This document shows, in pieces, positions 55,194-63,934 of a DNA stretch of 64,000 bases. A model generated the notes under the pieces. The model had not been told where the DNA came from. It worked only from the letters and a program-made list of their open reading frames with translations, and did not search any database. Numbering within the stretch: position 1 is the stretch's first letter; every line of letters begins with the position of its first letter. Position numbers and translations under genes: made by a program. The stretch comes from Capsulimonadaceae bacterium. Lineage in GTDB: Bacteria; Armatimonadota; Armatimonadia; Armatimonadales; Capsulimonadaceae. The DNA lies in contig OZ244065.1 in assembly GCA_965215505.1 (NCBI GenBank), positions 800,001 to 864,000 of the forward strand, read 5' to 3'.

Positions 55194-56217
55194 CATCCCC
55201 ATTCTGCTGATCGTCATCGTCGCCTTCGCCCTGCTGTTCGACTACACGAACGGCTTCCACGACACGGCCAACGCCGTCGCGACCGTCATCTCGACGCGCG
55301 TCCTGCCGCCGACCTTCGCCATCGTCCTGTGCGCCGTCCTGAACTTCGCCGGGGCGTTCGCCTCGCAGAAGGTCGCCGGCACCATCGCGAAGGGGCTGAT
55401 CGAGGCCCACGCCGCGACCCAGGAAGTCATCCTGGCGGCCATCATCGGGGCCATCGCCTGGAACGTCCTCACCTGGTACTTCGGCATCCCCAGCTCGTCG
55501 TCCCACGCCCTGATCGGGGGGCTGGTCGGCGCGACAATCGTCTTCTCCGGCACCCACGCCGTGCTGTGGAAGGGCGTCGTGAGCAAAGTCGTCCTGCCGA
55601 TGGTGATCTCGCCCGTCATCGGCTGCGTGATCGCGTTCGGGATCATGATGCTGCTGTTCGCTTTGTTCGCGGACACGCGGCCCGCGAAGGTCAACGGCCT
55701 GTTCTCCTGGCTCCAGCGCATTTCGGCGGGGTTCGTCGCCCTCAACCATGGCACGAACGACGCCCAGAAGACGATGGGCGTCATCACGCTGGCCCTCGTC
55801 GCCTTCCATGTGATGCCGGGTGGTAAAGACGTCCGCATCCCGACCTGGGTGATCGCCTCGTGCGCGACGGCGATGGGATTAGGAACGCTCTCGGGCGGCT
55901 GGCGCATCATCAAAACGCTGGGGACGAAGATCATCGACCTCCAGCCGATCAACGGGTTCGCCGCCGAGACGGCCGCCAGCCTGGTCCTGTCCACGGCCAC
56001 TTACTTCGGGATGCCGGTCAGCACGACCCACATCGTCTGCGGCAGCGTCTTCGGCGTCGGCATCGCCAAGCGGCTGAACGAGGTGCGCTGGCCGGTCGCG
56101 CAGAGCATGGTGACGGCCTGGGTCCTGACCCTGCCGGGCGCGGCTCTGGTCGCCGGCCTGAGCTTCTTCGTGATCAACCTGACGACGGGGGGCCACGGCG
56201 TCGTCGCGATGCGCTAG
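55186..56217 (+). CDS. pit: Inorganic phosphate transporter, PiT family
   Basis: NGFHDTANAVAT, PSSSSHALIGG, HGTNDAQKTMG, PVSTTH. Confidence 0.93.
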   Translation: MHDIPILLIVIVAFALLFDYTNGFHDTANAVATVISTRVLPPTFAIVLCAVLNFAGAFASQKVAGTIAKGLIEAHAATQEVILAAIIGAIAWNVLTWYFGIPSSSSHALIGGLVGATIVFSGTHAVLWKGVVSKVVLPMVISPVIGCVIAFGIMMLLFALFADTRPAKVNGLFSWLQRISAGFVALNHGTNDAQKTMGVITLALVAFHVMPGGKDVRIPTWVIASCATAMGLGTLSGGWRIIKTLGTKIIDLQPINGFAAETAASLVLSTATYFGMPVSTTHIVCGSVFGVGIAKRLNEVRWPVAQSMVTAWVLTLPGAALVAGLSFFVINLTTGGHGVVAMR

Positions 56218-56256
56218 AGGGGATTAGCACATAGCGGGGAACGGGGAGAATGCCGC

Positions 56257-57186
56257 ATGAACGAACAAGAACTCTTCACGCGCAGTCCCAAAAACCCGAT
56301 CCTGCAAGCGGGCAACCTGCCCTTCCCGTGCAAGGCCGTGTGCAACCCGGCTGCCTGCCTCCTAGACGGCGAGACGCTGCTGCTTTTGCGGGCGATAGAC
56401 AACGAGGACCGCTCCCACCTGGTCGTCGCCCGCTCAAAGGACGGCGTCGGCGGCTGGCAGATGCAGGACCCGCCGCTGCTCTCGCCGAACCAGGGCGCGG
56501 GCTGGTATGAGTCGCGCGGGTGCGAGGACCCGCGCATCACCTATATGGCCGATGAAGGGCTGTACGTCATCGCCTATGTCGGCTACTCTGATCAGGGCGC
56601 GGGCGTGTGCCTGGCGACGACGAAAGACTTCCAGAGCGTGTCGCGGCTCGGGCTGGTCATCCACCCATATAACAAGGACGCGGCCCTGTTCCCGCGCAAG
56701 ATCGGGGGGCGCTACCTCCTGCTGCACCGGCCCACGGCGGGGCCGCTGGAAAACGTCTGGCTGTCGGAGAGCGACGATCTGCGGCACTGGGGCAGCCCGA
56801 TCTGCGTCTTGCAGGAGGACCAGCAGCCCGGCTGGGACAGCGGCAAGGTGGGAACGGGGCCGACTCCAATCGAGACGCCGGAGGGCTGGCTGCTGATCTT
56901 CCACGGGGTCGAGCATGAGGAGAAGGGCTGGCTGTACCGCGTCGGTCTGGCCCTGCTGGACCTCGATGACCCGAGCCGGATCATCGCCAAGGCGCACAAC
57001 TGGGTCTTCGGGCCGACGGAGCCATACGAGCTGCGTGGCGAGCAGCCCGGCATCGTCTTCCCGACCGGGGCGGTGGTGGAGGACGGCACCCTGCGGCTCT
57101 ACTACGGCGCGGCGGACGTGAGCGTCGCCGTCGCGACCGCGCGGATGGACGATCTGCTTCAAGTGCTGCGGGACAACCGGATGTAG
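56257..57186 (+). CDS. Glycoside hydrolase family 130 (beta-mannoside phosphorylase/glycosidase)
   Basis: NPIL..CNPAA, GCEDPRI, NKDAALFP, YRVGLALLDLDDP, YYGAAD. Confidence 0.85.
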   Translation: MNEQELFTRSPKNPILQAGNLPFPCKAVCNPAACLLDGETLLLLRAIDNEDRSHLVVARSKDGVGGWQMQDPPLLSPNQGAGWYESRGCEDPRITYMADEGLYVIAYVGYSDQGAGVCLATTKDFQSVSRLGLVIHPYNKDAALFPRKIGGRYLLLHRPTAGPLENVWLSESDDLRHWGSPICVLQEDQQPGWDSGKVGTGPTPIETPEGWLLIFHGVEHEEKGWLYRVGLALLDLDDPSRIIAKAHNWVFGPTEPYELRGEQPGIVFPTGAVVEDGTLRLYYGAADVSVAVATARMDDLLQVLRDNRM

Positions 57187-57290
57187 CCACAGATGGATGT
57201 AGGCGGGCGGGATCGGAGAAGAGGGCGGGGTCCCCCCACCCTCTTTCGTCTCCCTCGCCCCGGTCCCTCCGTCTGCCTCTTGCACAGTCT

Positions 57291-58436
57291 CTAAGCGCCA
57301 GGCCGGAGCGCGTCCAGCAGACGCACCTCGCCGGTCGCGCGGTCCTGATAGAGCCACGTCGTCCAGCCGTTCGCGGAGGGCAGGCCGAGGCAGGCGGCGG
57401 CGACCTTATGGATGGAGCCGCGATGCCCGCCCGCCGTGACCGTGCCGTCGGCATGAACGGCGGCCTCGACCGACGTGCCTTTGAGCCGCAGGACAGTTCC
57501 GACGGGTAACTGCCCGCTCTCGATGAGGCTGACGAACGGGAGGCGCGGCTTGGGGCTGCCCAGCAGGACGCCGTTTTCGTCTTCCGAGGTTAGTAGGGCC
57601 GGGGAGATGTTCGCTAACCGCTTCTCCGCGAGCTGAACGTAAGATTCTTCCCGGTCGATCGTGATGTAGTCCCGGCCCAGGCGCTTGGCGACGGCGGCTG
57701 TGGTCCCCGTCCCACAAAAAGGGTCCAGCACCAGGTCTCCCGCGTTGGTGGTGGCAGCGATGACCCGGTGCATCAGCGCCTCGGGCTTCTGGGTCGTGTG
57801 CGCTTTTTTGCCGTCCTTCTTCTCCCGCTCCCCGCCCGAGCAGATGGGAATGTACCAGTCCGAGCGCATCTGCTTGTCGTCGTTCCCCGCCTTCATCTCC
57901 CGATAGTGGAACGTGTACTTCTTCTGGTCAATGGATTTCTTCGCCCAGAGCAGAGTTTCATGGGCGTTGCAGAAGCGCGTCCCTTTCATCTGGGGCGTCG
58001 GATTTGACTTGATCCAGCACACATCGTTCAGCACCCAGTAGCCGACGTCCATCATCACGGCCCCGACCCGGTAGATGTTGTGATAGCTGCCGATGACCCA
58101 GAGCGTGCCGGTGTCTTTGAGGACACGGCGGCAGGCGGTGAGCCAGGCGCGGGTGAAGGCGTCGTACTCGGCGAACGACTTGAACTTGTCCCACGGGTCG
58201 GTGACGGCGTCCACCTTGGTCATGTTGGGCCGCCACAGGTCGCCGCCGAGCTGCATGTTGTAGGGGGGGTCGGCAAACACCAGGTCGGCGCACTTGGCCG
58301 GGAGCGCGTTCATCACCTCGACGCAGTCGCCGAGGAGGACTTGGTTGACGGGCGTGCCGTCCGGCGTCTTGTGCGCGGGAGTCCGCCGGGCGCTCGGCAG
58401 CTTGGGTACGGGGTTTTGGGGAGGCTGGGTGGTCAT
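57291..58436 (-). CDS. Orphan N6-adenine DNA methyltransferase, CcrM/M.HinfI-like (beta class) with C-terminal RAMA-like domain
   Basis: FADPPYN, WVIGSYHNI, KSNP, HTTQKPEAL, LDPFCGTGTT, C-terminal GSIHKV..ANGWTTW; no adjacent endonuclease gene. Confidence 0.88.
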   Translation of the reverse strand: MTTQPPQNPVPKLPSARRTPAHKTPDGTPVNQVLLGDCVEVMNALPAKCADLVFADPPYNMQLGGDLWRPNMTKVDAVTDPWDKFKSFAEYDAFTRAWLTACRRVLKDTGTLWVIGSYHNIYRVGAVMMDVGYWVLNDVCWIKSNPTPQMKGTRFCNAHETLLWAKKSIDQKKYTFHYREMKAGNDDKQMRSDWYIPICSGGEREKKDGKKAHTTQKPEALMHRVIAATTNAGDLVLDPFCGTGTTAAVAKRLGRDYITIDREESYVQLAEKRLANISPALLTSEDENGVLLGSPKPRLPFVSLIESGQLPVGTVLRLKGTSVEAAVHADGTVTAGGHRGSIHKVAAACLGLPSANGWTTWLYQDRATGEVRLLDALRPGA

Positions 58437-58485
58437 AGGCAGGCTATTGTACCACGGCGGACTCAGGAAAACAATGGCTTCGGAC

Positions 58486-59493
58486 TCAGGGGGCCGTAAA
58501 GTTTTCCCGGTATTTTTGCAGAAGTTCGGCCTCGCGTTCCTGGCTGAGGCCGACTTTGCGCGGGGCGTCGGCAGGCCGGGAGTTGTCCCAGGTCAGGGTG
58601 TCGTTGACGGTATCGGCCAGCGGGCGGAAGGTCAGGCCGGCGGTGACGGCCTTCTCGATGCTCGCCGCCATGATGCCGCCCGAGCTGGAGGAGGCGGGGA
58701 TATAGAAGGGCAGCAGGCTGAAAGTATCCGCCTGGTTCTCCTTCAGGAACTCGTCCCCGACCCAGACGAGCCGCGCGCCGCTGTCGCTGACCGACTTGCA
58801 GGTCTGGAGGACCTCGCCCAATGTCAGGGCGTAGTCGGGGCCGGTGGCGTTGTAGACGCCGGTCGCGCCCTGCTCGATCAGCCGGACCGTCCATTCGGCA
58901 AGGTCGCGGCCGTCAATGATCTGCATGGGCTGGTCGGGACTGCCCGGCGCGAGTACGTCGCCCCCAAGCGCGACCCGGTGCGGCCAGTAGGTGAACCGGT
59001 CGGTGGGGTCGTGCGGGCCGACGATGAAGCCGGGCCGGATGATCAGAGCGCCGTCGGGGAATGCCGACTGGACCGCCTGTTCGCACAGGGCTTTCAGCGG
59101 CCCGTAGGTGTCGCCGGCGATCTCCTCGGTGGTCGTGTCTTCCAGCGTCCCGACCGGGCCGTCCTCGTCCACGCCGGGCGCGCTGACGTCGGCGTAGACC
59201 GAGATGGAGGAGATGAAGACGTACAGGGAGGCCGACCCGGCGAGCATCTCGGCGGACTGCCGGACGACGCGCGGGACGTAGCCGCAGGTGTCAATGACTA
59301 CGTCCCAGGAGCGGCCCGAAAGCGCGTCCAGGTCACCCCCGATCCGGTCCCCACGCAGCTTCTCGACGCTCGGGAACAGGTCGGCGTTCTGCCGGCCCCG
59401 GTTGAAGAGCGTCACCTCATGCCCGCGCGCCTGAGCCGCCTCGACGAGATGCCGCCCGACAAAGACGGTCCCGCCCAAAATCAGTATCTTCAT
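58486..59493 (-). CDS. NAD-dependent epimerase/dehydratase (isoflavone-reductase-like SDR)
   Basis: ILGGTVFVG, FNRG, YGPLK, RPGFIVGPHD. Confidence 0.85.
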   Translation of the reverse strand: MKILILGGTVFVGRHLVEAAQARGHEVTLFNRGRQNADLFPSVEKLRGDRIGGDLDALSGRSWDVVIDTCGYVPRVVRQSAEMLAGSASLYVFISSISVYADVSAPGVDEDGPVGTLEDTTTEEIAGDTYGPLKALCEQAVQSAFPDGALIIRPGFIVGPHDPTDRFTYWPHRVALGGDVLAPGSPDQPMQIIDGRDLAEWTVRLIEQGATGVYNATGPDYALTLGEVLQTCKSVSDSGARLVWVGDEFLKENQADTFSLLPFYIPASSSSGGIMAASIEKAVTAGLTFRPLADTVNDTLTWDNSRPADAPRKVGLSQEREAELLQKYRENFTAP

Positions 59494-59501
59494 TGCACCC
59501 C

Positions 59502-59545
59502 CCGTAACACTTCCGTAACACAGACTTTGGTATAATGCTCCTATG
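59502..59545 (+). promoter_or_regulatory. Direct-repeat operator and leaderless promoter of the carbonic anhydrase gene
   Basis: CCGTAACAC twice at an 11-bp period (59502, 59513); TGG-TATAAT (59531-59536)-N6-ATG. Confidence 0.65.
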
Positions 59546-60103
59546 AGCGTTCTAGATGATGTCCTCCGCGCGAACGGCGAATTCGTGCGGACCTATGACC
59601 CCAGCCGGGCGACGGCCCCCGTCACCCGCAAACTCGCCATCCTTGCCTGCATGGACTACCGCATCGCGCTGTTCGAGGCCTTCGGGCTGAAACAGGGCGA
59701 CGCCTACGTCCTCCGCAACGCGGGCGGCATCGTGACCGAGGATGTCATCCGGTCCCTGCTGGTCGCCCACTACCGCCTCGGGGTGGAAGAAGTCCTGATC
59801 GTCAACCACACCGAATGCGGCATGCAGACGTTCCGCGACGAGGACCTGCGGGACGACATCCGGCAGCGGCGCGGCACGGACACCATCGCGCCGGAGCAGT
59901 TCCACGCCTTCAAGAGCCTGGAGGAGAACGTCCGCCAGCAGATCCAGCGCGTCAAGTCCCACCCGTGGATGCCGGGCCACATCCCTGTCAACGGCTGCAT
60001 CTACGATGTCCACACCGGCAGGCTCTCGGTGGTGTCGCTGGACGGTGCCTCGACGCAGGCCCTCCCCACGCTGCCGCCGCTCGCGCCGCTGAAGCCGGCG
60101 TGA
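59543..60103 (+). CDS. Beta-class carbonic anhydrase (clade D-like)
   Basis: CMDYR, RNAGG and HTECG Zn ligands. Confidence 0.9.
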   Translation: MSVLDDVLRANGEFVRTYDPSRATAPVTRKLAILACMDYRIALFEAFGLKQGDAYVLRNAGGIVTEDVIRSLLVAHYRLGVEEVLIVNHTECGMQTFRDEDLRDDIRQRRGTDTIAPEQFHAFKSLEENVRQQIQRVKSHPWMPGHIPVNGCIYDVHTGRLSVVSLDGASTQALPTLPPLAPLKPA

Positions 60104-60130
60104 GCCAGAGTCGCACAGGCTATGTTCCCG

Positions 60131-61156
60131 TTAATCCACGGGGACGCTGTATAGCGTGTCCTCCAGGGTGAAACTGACATGCCTGCCGTCGGGGTTCCAC
60201 CGGACAGAAGCAGGGTAACTCGTCTTCCGGCCGCGCCAAGTGCCGACATGCTTTGGAGGGGTGCCGTCTAGATGACAGACCCAAACGTCCAAAGACATCG
60301 TGCTCTCATACCAGTTCCCCGTCCATGACGAAAGCCATTCGTCCGTGGCTGAGGACTCCTGAGAAACATTGATCCAAAGCAGCCGGTCGCCTTGCGGCGA
60401 AAGGAGGATGCTGCAATCCAGTCCGGCCCTGGGATGAGGCACCGAAAGCCGGCGACCCGTGGCACGGGGGCAGGTTAAAGAAACTTCTGCCAGCGAGAGT
60501 GGGAAAGCCGGCTGCCCCGGCCGCTCTTCCAAATCTGAAAAGAAGCTCACGATGACATGACCACGGGTGTTCACGCCCAGAACATCGCCCATCAGCCAGG
60601 ACCCAGGATCGGAACAGAGAGGTAGCCTAAGACCGGGATGATCCACATCGTGTAAGTCAAGGCCCATCCAGCGGCGGCTGTCCGGCAGCCAGAACCCTTT
60701 TTGTGAGTTGGGCCAGCGGACTGTTTTGCCGTCCCTCCGCCGGGTCGCAGCCCAGGAGGCGGGGGGGCGGTTGTCCCTCTGCGTGTGCCAAAGCACGTTG
60801 TCCTTTTGCGTGTGCCAAAGCACCCACTGACCATCCGGTGAGGCGGAAGCGACCCGACCCGCCTGCACGGCGTTTAGTCTCGGCTCCGGCACATCCTTGT
60901 GTGTCTGCGTGTCATAGGAAAATGCCTCCGTGCCGCGCGGGGTGTTCTCGAAGTGGAGCAGCTCATGGTCGGTCAGCCACAGGTAGGGTTCCCCTGACAG
61001 CACATCGCCGTATCCTCGCTGCCAGCCCCCCACCGAAACGAGGGGTGTGATCCGGCGTGACTGATACTGCTTCTGGCCGTCCCAGAAGGCGAGGCAGAAA
61101 ACGGCCCCGGCCACCGCGAGTCCTAGCGCGATTTGCAGGGATCGTTTTCGCATCAT
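60131..61156 (-). CDS. Hypothetical membrane-anchored protein with TolB/WD40-like blades
   Basis: N-terminal TM segment; SPDGQWVLW, LSPQGDRLLW and WNPDGRHVSF repeats. Confidence 0.65.
   Translation of the reverse strand: MMRKRSLQIALGLAVAGAVFCLAFWDGQKQYQSRRITPLVSVGGWQRGYGDVLSGEPYLWLTDHELLHFENTPRGTEAFSYDTQTHKDVPEPRLNAVQAGRVASASPDGQWVLWHTQKDNVLWHTQRDNRPPASWAATRRRDGKTVRWPNSQKGFWLPDSRRWMGLDLHDVDHPGLRLPLCSDPGSWLMGDVLGVNTRGHVIVSFFSDLEERPGQPAFPLSLAEVSLTCPRATGRRLSVPHPRAGLDCSILLSPQGDRLLWINVSQESSATDEWLSSWTGNWYESTMSLDVWVCHLDGTPPKHVGTWRGRKTSYPASVRWNPDGRHVSFTLEDTLYSVPVD
60770..60823. repeat. In-frame 27-bp tandem duplication
   Basis: Two units differing at 2 nt, encoding VLWHTQKDN / VLWHTQRDN. Confidence 0.85.
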
Positions 61157-61157
61157 G

Positions 61158-62411
61158 TCATTCAGCCGCGAGTATCAGGCACTTCAGGTACTCGGACTCG
61201 GGCGCATCAAGCAGGACGGGGTGGTCGGCGGGCTGGCCGCGCTGCTCGATGAGTTTCAGCACCCTGCCCGAGTCGCGGGCCGCGCCCTCCACGACCTCGC
61301 GGAACTCGGGGGCGGACAGATGGTGCGAGCAGGAGCAGGTGACGAGGACGCCGCCGGGCCGCAGCAGACGCAGGGCGACGCGGTTGATCTCGTTGTAGCC
61401 ACGGATCGCGCCGTCGCGGCTCGCCCGGTTCTTGGTGAAGGCGGGCGGGTCCAGGATCACCATGTCCGTGCGGTAGGACGAAGCCTCCAGCGACCGGAGG
61501 TAGTCGAAGACGTTTTCCGTCACGCCGGAATGGGGGATGGAAACCCCGCTGCGCTCCCACTGGCGGCCCGCAAGGGCGACGAATTCAGGGCTGATCTCGA
61601 CATCGGTGACGCTCTTGGCCCCGGCAAGGGCCGCGCGCAGGCCGAACAGGCCGGTGTAGGCGAAGCAGTTCAGGACGTCCCGCCCGTGCGCCTGCTTGGC
61701 GGCGGCCTTCTGGTTCTGACGCTGGTCGAGGAACAGGCCTGTCTTCGCCCCGGTCTTCAGGTCCGCCAGGACCGTCATGCCTTCGTCGTCCAGGGCGAGT
61801 TCGTCGGGCGGGGCCTCGCCCGCCAGCACGCCGACGCGCTCCTCCAGCCCTTCCAGGCGGCGGACGGCGCTGTCCGACCGCTCGTAGATGCCGGCGGGGG
61901 CCAGTGTGTCTTGCAGGGCGCTGACGATGGCCTCTCGCCAGGGTTCCAGGCCGAGGGCGAGGAACTGGACGACGATGAACGGGCCGTAGACGTCAACGAT
62001 CAAGCCCGGCAGGCCGTCCGATTCGCCGTGGACCAGGCGGTAGGCGACGGGGAGGGCGTTCCCTTCCAGATAGTGCGCCAAGCGGAACTCATGGGCGTGG
62101 ACGATGCGCGACCGCCAGAAGGCATCGTCCACGGGGACATCGCCCCGGCGGGTGAGGTAGCGGACGGCGATCTTGCTGCGCGCGTTGAGGTAGCCCGCGC
62201 CGAGCGACTTGCCGCGCGCGTCCACGATGCGGACGATGCCGCCGTTCTCGAAGCCGTCGGGCGGGCCGGTCGCGATCTCGTTGTCGTAGACCCACGGGTG
62301 CCGCAGGCGGTCGGGGCGCTGGGGCCGGAGTTTGATGGTCGGTAACTTGAATGCCGGCGGCTTGCTTGTCGCTGCTGACTTAACGGCGGGTTTGACGGTG
62401 GGTGCTGCCAT
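61158..62411 (-). CDS. rlmI: RlmI/RlmK-family class I SAM-dependent rRNA methyltransferase
   Basis: PUA-like RHPWVY, ESDGLPGLIVD, KTGLFLDQR, ILDPPAF, TCSCS, YLK; TACAAT-N6-ATG leaderless start. Confidence 0.85.
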   Translation of the reverse strand: MAAPTVKPAVKSAATSKPPAFKLPTIKLRPQRPDRLRHPWVYDNEIATGPPDGFENGGIVRIVDARGKSLGAGYLNARSKIAVRYLTRRGDVPVDDAFWRSRIVHAHEFRLAHYLEGNALPVAYRLVHGESDGLPGLIVDVYGPFIVVQFLALGLEPWREAIVSALQDTLAPAGIYERSDSAVRRLEGLEERVGVLAGEAPPDELALDDEGMTVLADLKTGAKTGLFLDQRQNQKAAAKQAHGRDVLNCFAYTGLFGLRAALAGAKSVTDVEISPEFVALAGRQWERSGVSIPHSGVTENVFDYLRSLEASSYRTDMVILDPPAFTKNRASRDGAIRGYNEINRVALRLLRPGGVLVTCSCSHHLSAPEFREVVEGAARDSGRVLKLIEQRGQPADHPVLLDAPESEYLKCLILAAE

Positions 62412-62445
62412 GGCGCTATTGTACCTGATGGCGTGACATGTAGGG

Positions 62446-63603
62446 GTGTTCCTTATGGATTACGAAGACGGCGGCGTATTGACCGGCATTGATGTTCTCG
62501 TCCGTGACGGATTCGGGCTGCTGCGCGGCAGTCGGGTCGGGCTGGTGACGAACCACACCGGCCTGACGCGGGACGGCCAGGCCACGATTGATGTCCTGCA
62601 TGGGGCATCTGACGTTTCGCTCCAAGCCCTCTTCGGGCCGGAACACGGCATTCGCGGTGAGCAGGACGAACACGTCGCGGACGGCAAGGACGACAAGACG
62701 GGCCTGCCGGTCTGGTCGCTGTTCGGATCGCGGATGCGGCCCGCGCCGGATCAGCTCGCCGGATTGGAAGCGCTGGTCTTTGACATCCAGGACATCGGCT
62801 GCCGGTTCTACACCTACCTCAGTACGTTGGGGCACGTCCTTGAAGCGGCAAGCGAGGCAGGCCTGCGCGTGGTCGTCTTGGACCGGCCCAATCCCATCGG
62901 GGGCCGAGCCGCCGAGGGTCCGATGGCGGACGCCGACGCGCTCTCCTTCGTCGCCTACCACCCGGTCCCGGTCCGTCACGGCCTGACACTAGGCGAGATG
63001 GCGCGGCTGCTCCACGCCGAGAAGTCGCTGACCGGCCCGCTGGAAGTCGTTGCCTGTGAAGGCTGGCATCGGGGCGACTGGTACGACGCGACCGGCCTTG
63101 TCTGGACCAACCCCTCCCCCAACATGCGGCGTCTGACGGCGGCCACTCTGTACCCCGGCGTGGGCCTGCTGGAGTTCACGAACGTCTCCGTCGGGCGCGG
63201 CACGGACACGCCGTTCGAAGTGTTCGGGGCACCCTACATCGCCCCGCGCGACTTTGCGGGCGCGCTGAATTCCGAGGCGACTCCGGGCGTCCGGTTCATC
63301 CCCTGTCACTTTACGCCAAACGCCAGCGTTTTCAGCGGCGAGCCTTGCGGCGGGGTACAGATGTTAGTCACCGACCGCGACCGGCTGAATGCCGTTCAGG
63401 TCGGGCTGACGCTTGCCGTTATCTTGCGCCGCCTTTATCCCGACGCCTGGCAGCCCGACAAGATGCCGACGCTGCTGGTGAACGCAGAGGCGCAGGAAGC
63501 ATTGCTGGCGGGCGCGAGCTACGCAGACATGGCGGAAGGCTGGGCCGGAGCATTGCAGGAATTCGGCGAGCGGTCGCGGGCCGTGTGGCTGTACGAGGAG
63601 TAG
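62446..63603 (+). CDS. namZ: DUF1343 exo-beta-N-acetylmuramidase NamZ family
   Basis: GLVTNHTG, PEHG, FDIQDIGCRFYTY, LDRPNP, RHGLTLGE, PSPN, VGRGT; start may be ATG 62455. Confidence 0.88.
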   Translation: MFLMDYEDGGVLTGIDVLVRDGFGLLRGSRVGLVTNHTGLTRDGQATIDVLHGASDVSLQALFGPEHGIRGEQDEHVADGKDDKTGLPVWSLFGSRMRPAPDQLAGLEALVFDIQDIGCRFYTYLSTLGHVLEAASEAGLRVVVLDRPNPIGGRAAEGPMADADALSFVAYHPVPVRHGLTLGEMARLLHAEKSLTGPLEVVACEGWHRGDWYDATGLVWTNPSPNMRRLTAATLYPGVGLLEFTNVSVGRGTDTPFEVFGAPYIAPRDFAGALNSEATPGVRFIPCHFTPNASVFSGEPCGGVQMLVTDRDRLNAVQVGLTLAVILRRLYPDAWQPDKMPTLLVNAEAQEALLAGASYADMAEGWAGALQEFGERSRAVWLYEE

Positions 63604-63616
63604 CGAGGGGGGAACC

Positions 63617-63934
63617 GTGTTCAAACGAGGCACTGTGAGCGGGGCGCTGCTGACGATAGCGGTTTCGGCGGCGGCATTCTTCGGCACGCTCCGGCTCGTT
63701 CCGCTCATCCCGGAAAGCTACTTTGTGCATAGGCCCGACTGGGTCTATCTGCCGCCGGTCATCCAGATCCCCATACTCGTCGTCGTGGGCGCTTCCGTGC
63801 TGGGCGGAGCGTGGGGCCTGTTGCAGATTGTCCTCATTCTGATGGCTCGGCTGAAGCGCCGCAAGCCTGCCTCCGCCGCAGCCGATCCCGAGGGGGTATG
63901 GCCGCCCGCTCCAACGCTGCCCTGGCCTAAGTGA
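63617..63934 (+). CDS. Small two-TM membrane protein with C-terminal EGVWPPAP motif
   Basis: Two hydrophobic segments, a basic stretch, then EGVWPPAP; GAGG RBS. Confidence 0.6.
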   Translation: MFKRGTVSGALLTIAVSAAAFFGTLRLVPLIPESYFVHRPDWVYLPPVIQIPILVVVGASVLGGAWGLLQIVLILMARLKRRKPASAAADPEGVWPPAPTLPWPK

